Shown here in pieces: positions 8,638 through 17,449 of a stretch of 64,000 nucleotides of DNA (position 1 is its first letter; each line of letters starts with the position of its first letter). Source of the stretch: Candidatus Bathyarchaeum tardum. GTDB lineage: Archaea; Thermoproteota; Bathyarchaeia; Bathyarchaeales; Bathyarchaeaceae. Location of the stretch: positions 1,728,001 to 1,792,000 of the forward strand of contig CP122380.1 in assembly GCA_024650005.2 (NCBI GenBank), read 5' to 3'. The position numbers were made by a program, and so were the translations under genes. The notes below the pieces were generated by a model. That model was not told where the DNA came from and did not search any database. It was given only the letters and a program-made list of their open reading frames with translations.

Positions 8638-9708
8638 ATGCCGGAGAAAAACAAAATGGACAAATCTACACTGCAAATTTTTGACATATTATCATCTAAC
8701 CTAGGTGATTCTTTGTCCATTAGCACATTAACAAAGAAAATTAAAGAAAAATACGGTAATTCATATTATGCAAATATTTATCAAAAAATACAAAAACTCA
8801 AGAAACAAAACTTAATCAATTTAGATCAAATAGGAAGAACGTCCTTAATTGAGCTAAACTTTCAAAACTACCTATTGTTAGATTTCTTGACTGAAATGGA
8901 CATTGAAAAAAAAAGAAAGTTTTTCAAAAATAAGCCTGAATTATTGCCGATTCTTATTGAATTGGAACAATCCATGAACAATATGTGTTCCATAAGGACT
9001 TTTGGTTCAATAAAAATTGAAAGAAACATTAAACTCAACAGAATCGAATTGTTATTTCTTCTAAAGAAATCCTCAAATTATCATAGTCTAACAATCTGGA
9101 TTCACAAAGGATTATTAGACATACAAAAAAAATATAATATCCAAATCACAGGGTTAATTACTACTCAAAACAAATTTTCCGAGCTAACAGCATCAAATGA
9201 AATAAATCCCATCAGAGAATTTCTACCACACATTTTGAATCTTTTTTGTCCTCAATCATTCTGGAGAGAAATAAAATCAATTAAAGAAAAATCTAAAATT
9301 AGAACGGTTATGGACGAACTAAAACCTACCAAAATTTCTGACACTGATTTATTTTACAACCTTAATCGATGTGGGTATAAAGAATTTGGTTGGGAAATTG
9401 GATCGGGAAAAAAAATTTGCATTGAATACATTATAATGGCAATGTTACTTCGAAACGATTTTAGACTTTTTGAGGCAATACCCATAATAATTTCTAAAAA
9501 CAAGTTTGATGCAAATCTTTTGATATTCCTTTGTCAGAAATTTCATACATCCGAAAAACTATTAGGTTTACTTAAAGCAATTAAAGAAATAAAACCAGAA
9601 AATGAAATCATAAAAACTATCGAAATATTTGATAGTTTACAAATTAAAGAGACTCCAACAAACAAACAAGACATAATAGAAAAAATGAAGCTTTACAATG
9701 CCACTTGA
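8638..9708 (+). CDS. wHTH + degenerate nucleotidyltransferase-like protein (putative antitoxin/regulator)
   Basis: N-terminal wHTH pattern; central FGS without DxD; overlaps the downstream NTase gene; AT-rich. Confidence 0.55.
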   Translation: MPEKNKMDKSTLQIFDILSSNLGDSLSISTLTKKIKEKYGNSYYANIYQKIQKLKKQNLINLDQIGRTSLIELNFQNYLLLDFLTEMDIEKKRKFFKNKPELLPILIELEQSMNNMCSIRTFGSIKIERNIKLNRIELLFLLKKSSNYHSLTIWIHKGLLDIQKKYNIQITGLITTQNKFSELTASNEINPIREFLPHILNLFCPQSFWREIKSIKEKSKIRTVMDELKPTKISDTDLFYNLNRCGYKEFGWEIGSGKKICIEYIIMAMLLRNDFRLFEAIPIIISKNKFDANLLIFLCQKFHTSEKLLGLLKAIKEIKPENEIIKTIEIFDSLQIKETPTNKQDIIEKMKLYNAT

Positions 9709-10210
9709 CAAAACAAGTTTATTTGATTTCCTAGAGGTACTTGATAAAGAGTTAGAGAAAAAAATTACTCTTGTAGCAGTTGGAGGAACAGCTATGACTC
9801 TTTTAGACCTAAAATCCTCAACAATAGATATTGATTTTACAATTCCATCTGAAAACCGAGACGAATACGAAAAAGCAGTATCAAACATACCGCATGGTCT
9901 AAAAATCGATGTTTGGGATGATGGAATAATATTTTCTCAAATTCTTCCTTCAGATTATTTGCAAAAAAGTGTAAAGATCAAAGAATATGAAAATATCGAA
10001 TTATTAGCATTAAACCCTGTTGACATTATAGTCACAAAGATAGGTCGATCAAATGACAGAGACCTTCAAGACATTCAATTGTGCATCACAAAAACAAATT
10101 TATCAAGAAAGGAAATTATTACCCGAGGAAAGTTAACAGAATATGTTGGTAACCGTGAAAATTATGATAATAATCTAAACATTATAATTGGACGTTTTTT
10201 TACCAAATGA
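9698..10210 (+). CDS. DUF6036/AbiEii-like nucleotidyltransferase
   Basis: VGGTAM...STIDIDF, K-x-GR...RDLQD. Confidence 0.75.
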   Translation: MPLDKTSLFDFLEVLDKELEKKITLVAVGGTAMTLLDLKSSTIDIDFTIPSENRDEYEKAVSNIPHGLKIDVWDDGIIFSQILPSDYLQKSVKIKEYENIELLALNPVDIIVTKIGRSNDRDLQDIQLCITKTNLSRKEIITRGKLTEYVGNRENYDNNLNIIIGRFFTK

Positions 10211-10236
10211 AAACTGCGTTTTTGACATTATTTTAA

Positions 10237-10311
10237 TGCATTCCTAAGTGGGATTTGATCTTACGACCAACAGCATAAGGCGACCGCTCTACCTGACCGA
10301 GCCAATGAGGC
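10237..10311 (-). pseudogene. Decayed copy of tRNA-Thr(TGT)
   Basis: Colinear with 15304-15380 (about three-quarters identical by manual alignment), 2-nt anticodon-loop deletion, CCA lost; upstream flank also homologous. Confidence 0.85.
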
Positions 10312-10423
10312 GTGTGTCATCTGGTTTTGTTGTTTGTTTTTAGACGGATTTGTATATGGATTCATCTTCTCGAGGGATTGAAAATAGCATTGGACTTTGA
10401 CATGGTATACAAGAAAGAATACG

Positions 10424-11698
10424 TTAGAGTTTTTTCCTTAATATTACAACTACAAGAACACCAGTCAAAAACAAAGGAAAAATAGTCCATGAAGCAAATT
10501 CGGGAATTATGCCCTGTTGGTTGGTTTTTATTGCTAAGAATTTCATGTCGCCCCCAGGTGGACCAGATAATGAGTATCCAGCCAGGGCGAATCCGCCATC
10601 AGATGTTTCAATGATGGATTGTGCCCTTTCATCCCATTCATCTCCGTATGTTTGGTTCCATTCTAGTTTTCCTGACCCATCAGTTTTGATTAACCAAAAA
10701 TCTTCAACATTAAAAGGATCAGTTGTTGCATCTGCCTTTGTTTTGTAACCCGCTAGAGCATATCCACCGTCAGAGGTTTGAATTAACGAATTAGCCTCGT
10801 CATTTTCTACTCCACCATATGTTTGGTTCCACTCCATATTTCCGTGAATGTCAGCTTTAATTAGCCAAACATCAGCTTTTCCAGCACCAAAAGACTCGGT
10901 CATGCCAGCTAAGGCGTATCCACCGTCAGATGTCTCAACCAAAGAAAATGCATGGTCGTCACCTAATCCGCCATATGTTTGATTCCACTGGACAATTCCA
11001 TTTGAGTCAGTTTTTATCAGCCAACAATCAAAACCTCCAGCTCCAAAAGATTGCGTGCTACCAGCTATCGCATACCCTCTCTCGGAAGTCTTAATCAAAG
11101 AATAAGCAACATCATTTGCTGCGCCCCCCAAATTCCGGTTTCATTCCATAATTCCATTTGCATCCGTTTTAACTAACCATAAATCAGAATTTTCAACCCC
11201 AAATGATTTAGTATAACCAGCTATCATAAATCCGCCATCAGAGGTTTCAACCAGCGAGTAAGCCACATCCCATTCTGATCCCCCATAAGTCCGGTTCCAG
11301 AGCATACTTCCCTTTGAATCAGTTTTAACTAACAAAAAATCTGGACCGCCCGCACCAAAAGATTCGGTGTATCCAACTAGAGCGTATCCACCATCAGATG
11401 TTGAAACCAACGAGTAAGCCATATCATAACTGTTTCCGCCATAGGAATTGATCCATTGCATACTGCCATTTCCATATGTTTTAACTAAACAAAAATCATA
11501 ACTAACACCAAGAGCCTGTTGACCGCCTGCTATTGCATATCCTCCATCAGGCGTCTCAATCAAAGAATAAGGCATTGCCGCGTCTTCAGTTCCAAATGTT
11601 TGACTCCAACCTACAGAAGAAGCCCCAACACAACTAACAAAGAATATACTAATTAAAATAAACAACAAAGTTGAAAGAAACGGTTTCTGAAAGGGCAT
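10424..11698 (-). pseudogene. Beta-propeller-type repeat surface protein with PEF-CTERM, split by in-frame TGA (11141-11143)
   Basis: W-x-x-TYGG...SL-x-x-TSDGG(Y/F)ALAG repeats continue in the same frame; TGA replaces the repeat Trp; signal peptide and IPEF-TM-RKKL tail. Confidence 0.8.
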
Positions 11699-11732
11699 AT
11701 AGACTCCACTAAATAACTTTTAACACTTCAAT

Positions 11733-11765
11733 TAAGAAAGTTTTTGTCAAGAAACCTTGACCAAA
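11733..11765. promoter_or_regulatory. GTCAA-N6-TTGAC operator/promoter block, copy 1
   Basis: 33 bp matching 13977-14009 with 3 mismatches. Confidence 0.7.
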
Positions 11766-11787
11766 GCCATTTCATTGTGTTATGGTT

Positions 11788-12000
11788 TTATTCGCTTTCA
11801 GTTTTTGCTTCTTTTATTGATTTGAATATTTTTCTGCCTACAAAATGTGTGATGGCTTTTTCGTCAAGATGTTGAACGTAAAAGTCGATGTGCAAGTTGT
11901 TTCCAGCGGTTTCCAGTTCAGCCACTAGCGAACCAATCGTATGACATCTTTTACAGTAAACTTGTCCCAGATACTTTTCGGTAATATGTTCTTTTGGCAT
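11788..12000 (-). CDS. Small CxxC protein, mobile-element-like
   Basis: AAGGGGA RBS + ATG; CKRC...G-x-L...YVQH...FVG. Confidence 0.55.
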   Translation of the reverse strand: MPKEHITEKYLGQVYCKRCHTIGSLVAELETAGNNLHIDFYVQHLDEKAITHFVGRKIFKSIKEAKTESE

Positions 12001-12109
12001 TATCTAATCCCCTTCTTTTTCCTAAACCTCACAACAACACACTTCACAGGCGCAACAATCAAGTTATGAAAATAAATTAAAATAAAAATTTTTCATAATA
12101 TTTAGAAAA

Positions 12110-12130
12110 TGGAGCGTCGGGCGGATTTAA
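12110..12130 (-). mobile_element. att-like remnant of the tRNA-Thr 3' end
   Basis: TGGAGCGTCGGGCGGATTTAA vs TGGAGCCTCGGGCGGGATTTGA at 15304, same orientation. Confidence 0.65.
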
Positions 12131-12284
12131 TTTTTCCAAATGCTACTTTTTTGATTTTTTATTCAGATGTATGTGGTTAGTGGCGTATTGTTGTATTGTA
12201 TTGTATACAGTTTGTTCTACAGTATTGTGAACTAAAAGTTATACAATTGTGTGTTACACAGTACTGTAGTACTGTACTGTCGAT

Positions 12285-12454
12285 GCGGGTTCATTCGTTG
12301 GCGGTACATCATGCTACGAACTCCACCATAAATTCAGGAACAGACGGGTTAGCGTTTCAACGATATCTGCGGAAGCAATCACAACAAGAAATGTTCCCAT
12401 TGCCAGAATAAACGCTACAAGTAGATAAGAAACGGATTTTACTATATTATTCAT
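12285..12454 (-). pseudogene. 5' relic of a secreted surface-protein gene
   Basis: ATG 12454 signal peptide MNNIVKSVSYLLVAFILAM..ASA; after frameshifts NPSVPEFMVEFVA and DVPPT, a motif I recall from Bathyarchaeia surface proteins. Confidence 0.5.
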
Positions 12455-12561
12455 TCCACTTTACAGCATTAATAATTACTATAACTACTTAGAAAAGGGT
12501 TTTTCTTAGAAAAATTGACAAAAGATTAGTCAGTTGAGTTTTTGTTGGCGATGGCACTTTT

Positions 12562-12705
12562 TTATGGGACGTAGGTAATTATTTTTTTGCATTTTGGGCA
12601 GTGGATGTGTCGTAAGGAGTTTTGCGAGTTGTATCCTGAAATGGTAGCGTCTTTTTTGGGGAGAACATAGCCACAGTTTTTGCAGGTGTAGCTGTTTTTT
12701 GGCAT
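12562..12705 (-). CDS. 47-aa zinc-ribbon microprotein (not in ORF track)
   Basis: MPKNSYTCKNCG...HCPKCKK; ATG 4 nt after the previous stop. Confidence 0.7.
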   Translation of the reverse strand: MPKNSYTCKNCGYVLPKKDATISGYNSQNSLRHIHCPKCKKIITYVP

Positions 12706-12709
12706 GTTG

Positions 12710-12835
12710 TTAGGTCTCGTAGAATTTTATGACATTTTTTGCGGCGGTTTGGGAGATGCCGTGCTTGATTAGTTGGGTGTATAGTTTTTTTGTGTCTTTG
12801 GGTGTGATTTTGTCTTTTTTGGTCAAAAGGTGCAT
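12710..12835 (-). CDS. 41-aa basic helical microprotein (not in ORF track)
   Basis: AGGAG RBS; MHLLTKKDKITPKDTKKLYTQLIKHGISQTAAKNVIKFYET. Confidence 0.55.
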   Translation of the reverse strand: MHLLTKKDKITPKDTKKLYTQLIKHGISQTAAKNVIKFYET

Positions 12836-12847
12836 CTTGTTTTTCTC

Positions 12848-13012
12848 CTAGGGTTTAGTTATTCCCAATGCGGTTAGTTTGCCTCGGATTGCTTCGGCAA
12901 CAGACTCGGTAACGCACCTATAACCCAAATCAGTTCTCCCCTTAACCAACCCCATCACCTTACAATACAACCCCGAAAAAACGCTCACAGAATCATAACT
13001 CACAACAGGCAA
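12848..13012 (-). CDS. 54-aa ribbon-helix-helix (CopG-like) protein (not in ORF track)
   Basis: AGGAG RBS + TTG; YDSVSV strand, then LGYRCVTESVAEAIRGKL helix pattern. Confidence 0.65.
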   Translation of the reverse strand: MPVVSYDSVSVFSGLYCKVMGLVKGRTDLGYRCVTESVAEAIRGKLTALGITKP

Positions 13013-13444
13013 CTTTTTTGTCTCCTTTTTTTCTTTCTATCCTCAATTTTGCATGTTTTATGAGTTTATTTTACTGTAGGTTAGTATAAAATGTTTGTGT
13101 ATGATTGGACATGAATGAACATAAAGTTCTATAGCAGTGAGCCTGAAAAAAGCATGAACACCAATGGTCAAAAAAAGAGTCGCAGTAACAATACGAGACG
13201 ACCTAATAAACTGGCTAGACAAACAAGTTCAAACCATGCGCTTCCACAATCGCAGCCACGGCATAGAATTCGCACTACAAAAACTAAAAGAAACAAACCA
13301 AAACAAAAAAGACTAAACGTTACATTAAGCTCGTAAACTGTTTGCAGTCCAATAGTGCGGTGCAAAAAATTAAGAAAAAACCTGTTTTTCAAAAGTCAAC
13401 TGCGATCAGATTACTAAGAGACATTACAAACATGCGCAAATAAA

Positions 13445-13963
13445 CTAGAGTTTTTTCCTGAATATCACAACTGCAAGAATGCCAATAATTAACACAGGTA
13501 AAAAAGTCCATGAAGGAAACTCTGGAATGGAGTTTATGTTTTGCTCAATAATTAGTTCCCATGTTGCTGGTGATGGGCTAACCCAAATAATGAATGTTCC
13601 AATAGAGCCGTGTATGTTTAGTGTTCCATTTTCATTTGCAGTGGTTCTAATAGACCCAATTGAATTGTTAGTATAAATAGAACCATCTTCTGTAACATCA
13701 TCCTCATGAAGGACATAAAAATCAAAGTGTTCAATTTCATGAAAAAGGTTGTTGGTTTCCCATAATACTCTCCATTCTTCATGATAAATTTGGAATGGGT
13801 CAGATACACCAAAAGTAAAAGCAGTTCCATTAAATCTTGCAACTTCAACCCAATTTTCTGAAGATGCAAAAACAACTTTAGGTACACAGGTTGAAAAGAA
13901 TAAAATAGTCATCAGTGAACTGATAATCATTACACGTTTCAATGTGTTCACAAACAATTTCAT
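13445..13963 (-). CDS. Small secreted PEF-CTERM surface protein
   Basis: Signal peptide; C-terminal SIPEFPSW-TM-RKKL. Confidence 0.8.
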   Translation of the reverse strand: MKLFVNTLKRVMIISSLMTILFFSTCVPKVVFASSENWVEVARFNGTAFTFGVSDPFQIYHEEWRVLWETNNLFHEIEHFDFYVLHEDDVTEDGSIYTNNSIGSIRTTANENGTLNIHGSIGTFIIWVSPSPATWELIIEQNINSIPEFPSWTFLPVLIIGILAVVIFRKKL

Positions 13964-13976
13964 TATTTGGAGAAAA

Positions 13977-14040
13977 TAAGAGGGTTTTTGTCAAGAAACA
14001 TTGACCAAAAACAGTCCCCAAAGGTCAAGAAAGTTTGACC
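13977..14040. promoter_or_regulatory. Two GTCAA-N6-TTGAC operators (13990-14005; 14023-14040)
   Basis: Palindromes between divergent genes; the second overlaps the TTG start of the RHH gene. Confidence 0.7.
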
Positions 14041-14203
14041 AAATTAACAAAAGTAAAACTAACGGTTACAATCACACCCGAAATTTTCAAATGGATGGAC
14101 GAAAAAATCAAAAAGGGTTTTCTTCGCAGACAAGAGCCACGCAGTCCAGTACTCACTAATGAAAGTCAAAGAACTAATCAAAAAGGGCGAAATCAAGTTT
14201 TAA
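14035..14203 (+). pseudogene. Ribbon-helix-helix regulator with +1 frameshift at T-run 14118-14121
   Basis: KVKLTVTITPEIFKWMDEKIKKG continues in the other frame as FADKSHAVQYSLMKVKELIKKGEIKF*; 55 aa when repaired. Confidence 0.7.
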
Positions 14204-14388
14204 CAAGTTTTATGAGTTCATAAGAAATTTCAAGAATAAAAACATAGAAAACGACAAAGCTTAGACACTTTGATTAATGAAGAAGGAATCACCACAGAAG
14301 AGACGTGGGCATGTCTCATCTTTTTGCACTATAACAAGTCTACTGAAAAAGAATCCTTAAGTGTCTTACTGCAGACAGGCAATCGTGC

Positions 14389-15141
14389 CTATTGCACTGA
14401 ATGAGGTTTCATGGAAGTGAGGCAGTACATTGCCCAACCAATGTATTGGCGCTGGAACTGTAAATAATCATCTTGGGAATTACGAAAATGCTTGAATACC
14501 TGTTCATGGTCAGGGTGAGAGGGATTTTCTTCAAGCCAGCGTATTAGTCCATACCAACTATCCGAAGAGTACCTCTCCCAGTCGTCATGGCTGGCACGGA
14601 TGATGTATTCGAGTTCAAAGCCTTCATCCCGGGTAATTTGAGCTAGTTCCAGTTCAGTGTGGGTACTTGTCTGTTTTTGGGCATATTCCGGATTTACCTG
14701 ATCGTTAATCCAGTGGGTTTCAACGATACCAAGGCGTCCATTCTGATGAATAGCCCGTTTCATTGCCTGGATTGTCTCCTTGAAGCCACCCCAAATAAAC
14801 GTCGCCCCGATACATGTTGCGGCATCGAAAGCTCTCTCTTCAAATACGTAGTCAGCTCCGTTGGAGCAAACGATTTTGATTCTGTCAGATAACCCTTTCA
14901 CAGCCAGCTTTTTCTTAGCCCTGTCACAGTAATCCTTGGATATATCGATGCCAATACCATTGATCCCGAATTCTTCAGCCCAGATAATGAGGGTCTCAGC
15001 ACTACCACAACCAAAGTCGATGACCCGGTTTCCTTCTTTCAATTTAAGTAGTTTGCCAAGTTTGATGATTTTTTCAGACGTTGAAGGGTTTAGTATCTCC
15101 ATATAGCGGTGTGAGATACTCATAAGGTCAAAGAAATCCAT
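14389..15141 (-). CDS. Class I SAM-dependent methyltransferase
   Basis: VIDFGCGS motif I, GIDIS, FDAATCIGA. Confidence 0.85.
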   Translation of the reverse strand: MDFFDLMSISHRYMEILNPSTSEKIIKLGKLLKLKEGNRVIDFGCGSAETLIIWAEEFGINGIGIDISKDYCDRAKKKLAVKGLSDRIKIVCSNGADYVFEERAFDAATCIGATFIWGGFKETIQAMKRAIHQNGRLGIVETHWINDQVNPEYAQKQTSTHTELELAQITRDEGFELEYIIRASHDDWERYSSDSWYGLIRWLEENPSHPDHEQVFKHFRNSQDDYLQFQRQYIGWAMYCLTSMKPHSVQ

Positions 15142-15303
15142 GGCTCGAACCTCTTTCAGGAAATTATAACTTTATTAATAAAGATGTTGTGGGCTATTTT
15201 GGAAACCAATTTCGGATGTATTTTTATCATAGTCAGCTTATGCCCGATAGAGATAGACAAAAGTTTAACCTTTATTTTATTCTTGAAAAGATGAATTGAA
15301 TAA

Positions 15304-15380
15304 TGGAGCCTCGGGCGGGATTTGATCCCGCGACCAACAGCTTACAAGGCTGCCGCTCTACCGGGCTGAGCCACCGAGGC
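15304..15380 (-). tRNA. tRNA-Thr(TGT), no intron, CCA encoded
   Basis: 77-nt cloverleaf GCCTCGG...CT-TGT-AA...CCGAGGC-TCCA. Confidence 0.95.
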
Positions 15381-15488
15381 GCGTTGTTTCCGGTTTTGTT
15401 ATTTGTTGTTAGATGGTCTTGCCTATAGATTTTATGTTTTCTAAAAAAATATGTACAAAAAGAAAAGGGAAAAAGTCCCGTTTTCTTG

Positions 15489-17366
15489 TTATTGTTCGAA
15501 TTGTTCGGGGCTGATGTAGTTGCCGTACTTTTCTTTAGCAGCTAACAGGCGCTCGTATTGTTGGTTTAGCACCCAAAAGACTGCTTCAGGGGTGTAGGTG
15601 ACTTTGGTTTTGTAGAATTGGCGAACCCGTTTGATTTTGTCCATGTTTTCTTGGACCCGTATGCTGAACTGGGCGATGTAGTCTTGTTTGGTGTATTCTT
15701 TGTTTAGCAGTTCTTTGAAGATTGTTTTCAAGTCGTCATATTTTGGTATTTGACCAGTTGGAGTAATTATTGTTTCTACTTCTCCGTGGACACGTTTTTC
15801 CATCCATTTTACCCAGACATGTTTGTCCTGGGGATCGTTAAGGTAGTTGCCGTCTTTGTCTTTGAGGAAATAGTTTACACCAAAAACGGTAGGGGTATTT
15901 TCTACTTTTTTGCCAAAATCAAGGTTGTTACGGACGTTCTTGCCCAATGGAATAGAGATGAAGTCTTGGATGCTCATCATGTTAATTTCTGGAACACCTT
16001 CTTTGCCTACGGTGGCAAAGGTTGTTTCCGTTTCCAACGATGCTCCATAAGCTACAATTCCGTGTTCCCAGCTAAAACTTTGCTGAACTGGAACATACGC
16101 TTTAGTGTCGCGGCCACCATACATTATTCCCCGTAGTTTTACACCATTGGGGTTTTCTAGTTCAGGGTCACAGTTCTCCAGAGCAGTTAATTTAACCGCG
16201 TAACGGGCGTTCTTATGAGCCAGGGTAATTTCGTTGCCGTCTTTGTCTTTTTTGCCTTCGTACCATTCTCCAGAATAGTTGATTCCGTCTTTGGGGGTTT
16301 CTTTGCCCATGCCAAGCCAGTAAGGAGTCCCGTCTTTAACTAAAACGTTAGAGAAAATGATTTCTCCGGGACTATGAAGAACCCTGTAGATTTGAGCATC
16401 GTCCCGGGGGTTAACGTCTTTTATAATGCCAAAGATTCCAGCTTCAACATTAACTGCCCGTGCAACACCATCTATTTCACGAATATACGCGATGTCATCT
16501 CCAAGGATTGTTTCTCCAGGCAACATGGCAGTTGAAGTTTTTCCACAAGCGCTTGGAAATGCCCCTGCAAAGTAGGTTTTACGGTTATTTGGACCATGCA
16601 CGCCTACTAGCATCATATGTTCTGCTAACCAGCCTTCGGTGTTTGCTTTTCGTATAGCTAAACGAAAGGCTAATTTTTTGAAGCCTATAGAGTTACCCGC
16701 GTACTGGGTGTTAACACTGTAAATGGTGTTATCCATGTGATCTATGTAGATTTTTTTGTTGTTGTGTTCTGCGCTGACCATTCGATCAGTTAGCTTTCCT
16801 GCAGAGTGAACAACACGCAAAAATTGGGTATCAGCTGAAGATTCAGTGAAAACTTTGTATCCTGATCGATACAACAAATCTTCAGAATGGGCAACATACC
16901 AAGAATCCGTGCATTGCATTCCAAGAATGGTAAACACAGAATTGGTTGGACCTAAAGACAAAAACCGAACAATCATGGTCCGTCCAGTCATGGAGTCTCG
17001 GAGGGCTCCTTTTACTTCTGCTAGGCCTTCTTGGCGGTCGATTTGGTTAAGAGCTTTACTAAGAAACACTTTTTTGGGCACGAGATATTTTGTAGCTTTA
17101 CGGTCTCGGCCTTGGTCGTAATATCCGTCAAAGTGATACGTGTGGCCTTCAATTTTTAGTGGTGTTTCTTCTTTTTGGACAAGTGCTTGTTGCCTAATGT
17201 GTTCCTTGTCCTCGGGGGAGTCGCTGCAAACAAAAACTTGTTCAGCGTTGCAAAGGTCTGCAGATTTGGCAATGAATTCATGAACTTTGGGAATTGATAT
17301 TTTACATAATTTTTCGTAATCAGATTTACTTAGTTTTGATCGTAATGCTTCAAGATAGGGATTCAT
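15489..17366 (-). CDS. pckG: Phosphoenolpyruvate carboxykinase (GTP)
   Basis: WLAEHM, AFPSACGKTS, GDDIA motifs. Confidence 0.95.
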   Translation of the reverse strand: MNPYLEALRSKLSKSDYEKLCKISIPKVHEFIAKSADLCNAEQVFVCSDSPEDKEHIRQQALVQKEETPLKIEGHTYHFDGYYDQGRDRKATKYLVPKKVFLSKALNQIDRQEGLAEVKGALRDSMTGRTMIVRFLSLGPTNSVFTILGMQCTDSWYVAHSEDLLYRSGYKVFTESSADTQFLRVVHSAGKLTDRMVSAEHNNKKIYIDHMDNTIYSVNTQYAGNSIGFKKLAFRLAIRKANTEGWLAEHMMLVGVHGPNNRKTYFAGAFPSACGKTSTAMLPGETILGDDIAYIREIDGVARAVNVEAGIFGIIKDVNPRDDAQIYRVLHSPGEIIFSNVLVKDGTPYWLGMGKETPKDGINYSGEWYEGKKDKDGNEITLAHKNARYAVKLTALENCDPELENPNGVKLRGIMYGGRDTKAYVPVQQSFSWEHGIVAYGASLETETTFATVGKEGVPEINMMSIQDFISIPLGKNVRNNLDFGKKVENTPTVFGVNYFLKDKDGNYLNDPQDKHVWVKWMEKRVHGEVETIITPTGQIPKYDDLKTIFKELLNKEYTKQDYIAQFSIRVQENMDKIKRVRQFYKTKVTYTPEAVFWVLNQQYERLLAAKEKYGNYISPEQFEQ

Positions 17367-17449
17367 TATTTAGCCTCATTCACTTAATGTCTATTAGTTA
17401 CTGGAAAAGTTTAAAAACTGCTAACTGATTTAAAGGTTACGTTAACAAA

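Noticed and set aside
11141-11143. TGA recoding (Trp/Sec)
   Set aside because: TGA ends many intact genes here, the position is Trp rather than Cys, and no SECIS-like element was recognised
12196-12411. 71-aa plus-strand ORF
   Set aside because: Made of low-complexity repeats and the antisense of a signal-peptide relic
13115-13392. Overlapping 73/74-aa ORFs on opposite strands
   Set aside because: No recognisable motif or RBS; cannot decide whether either is real
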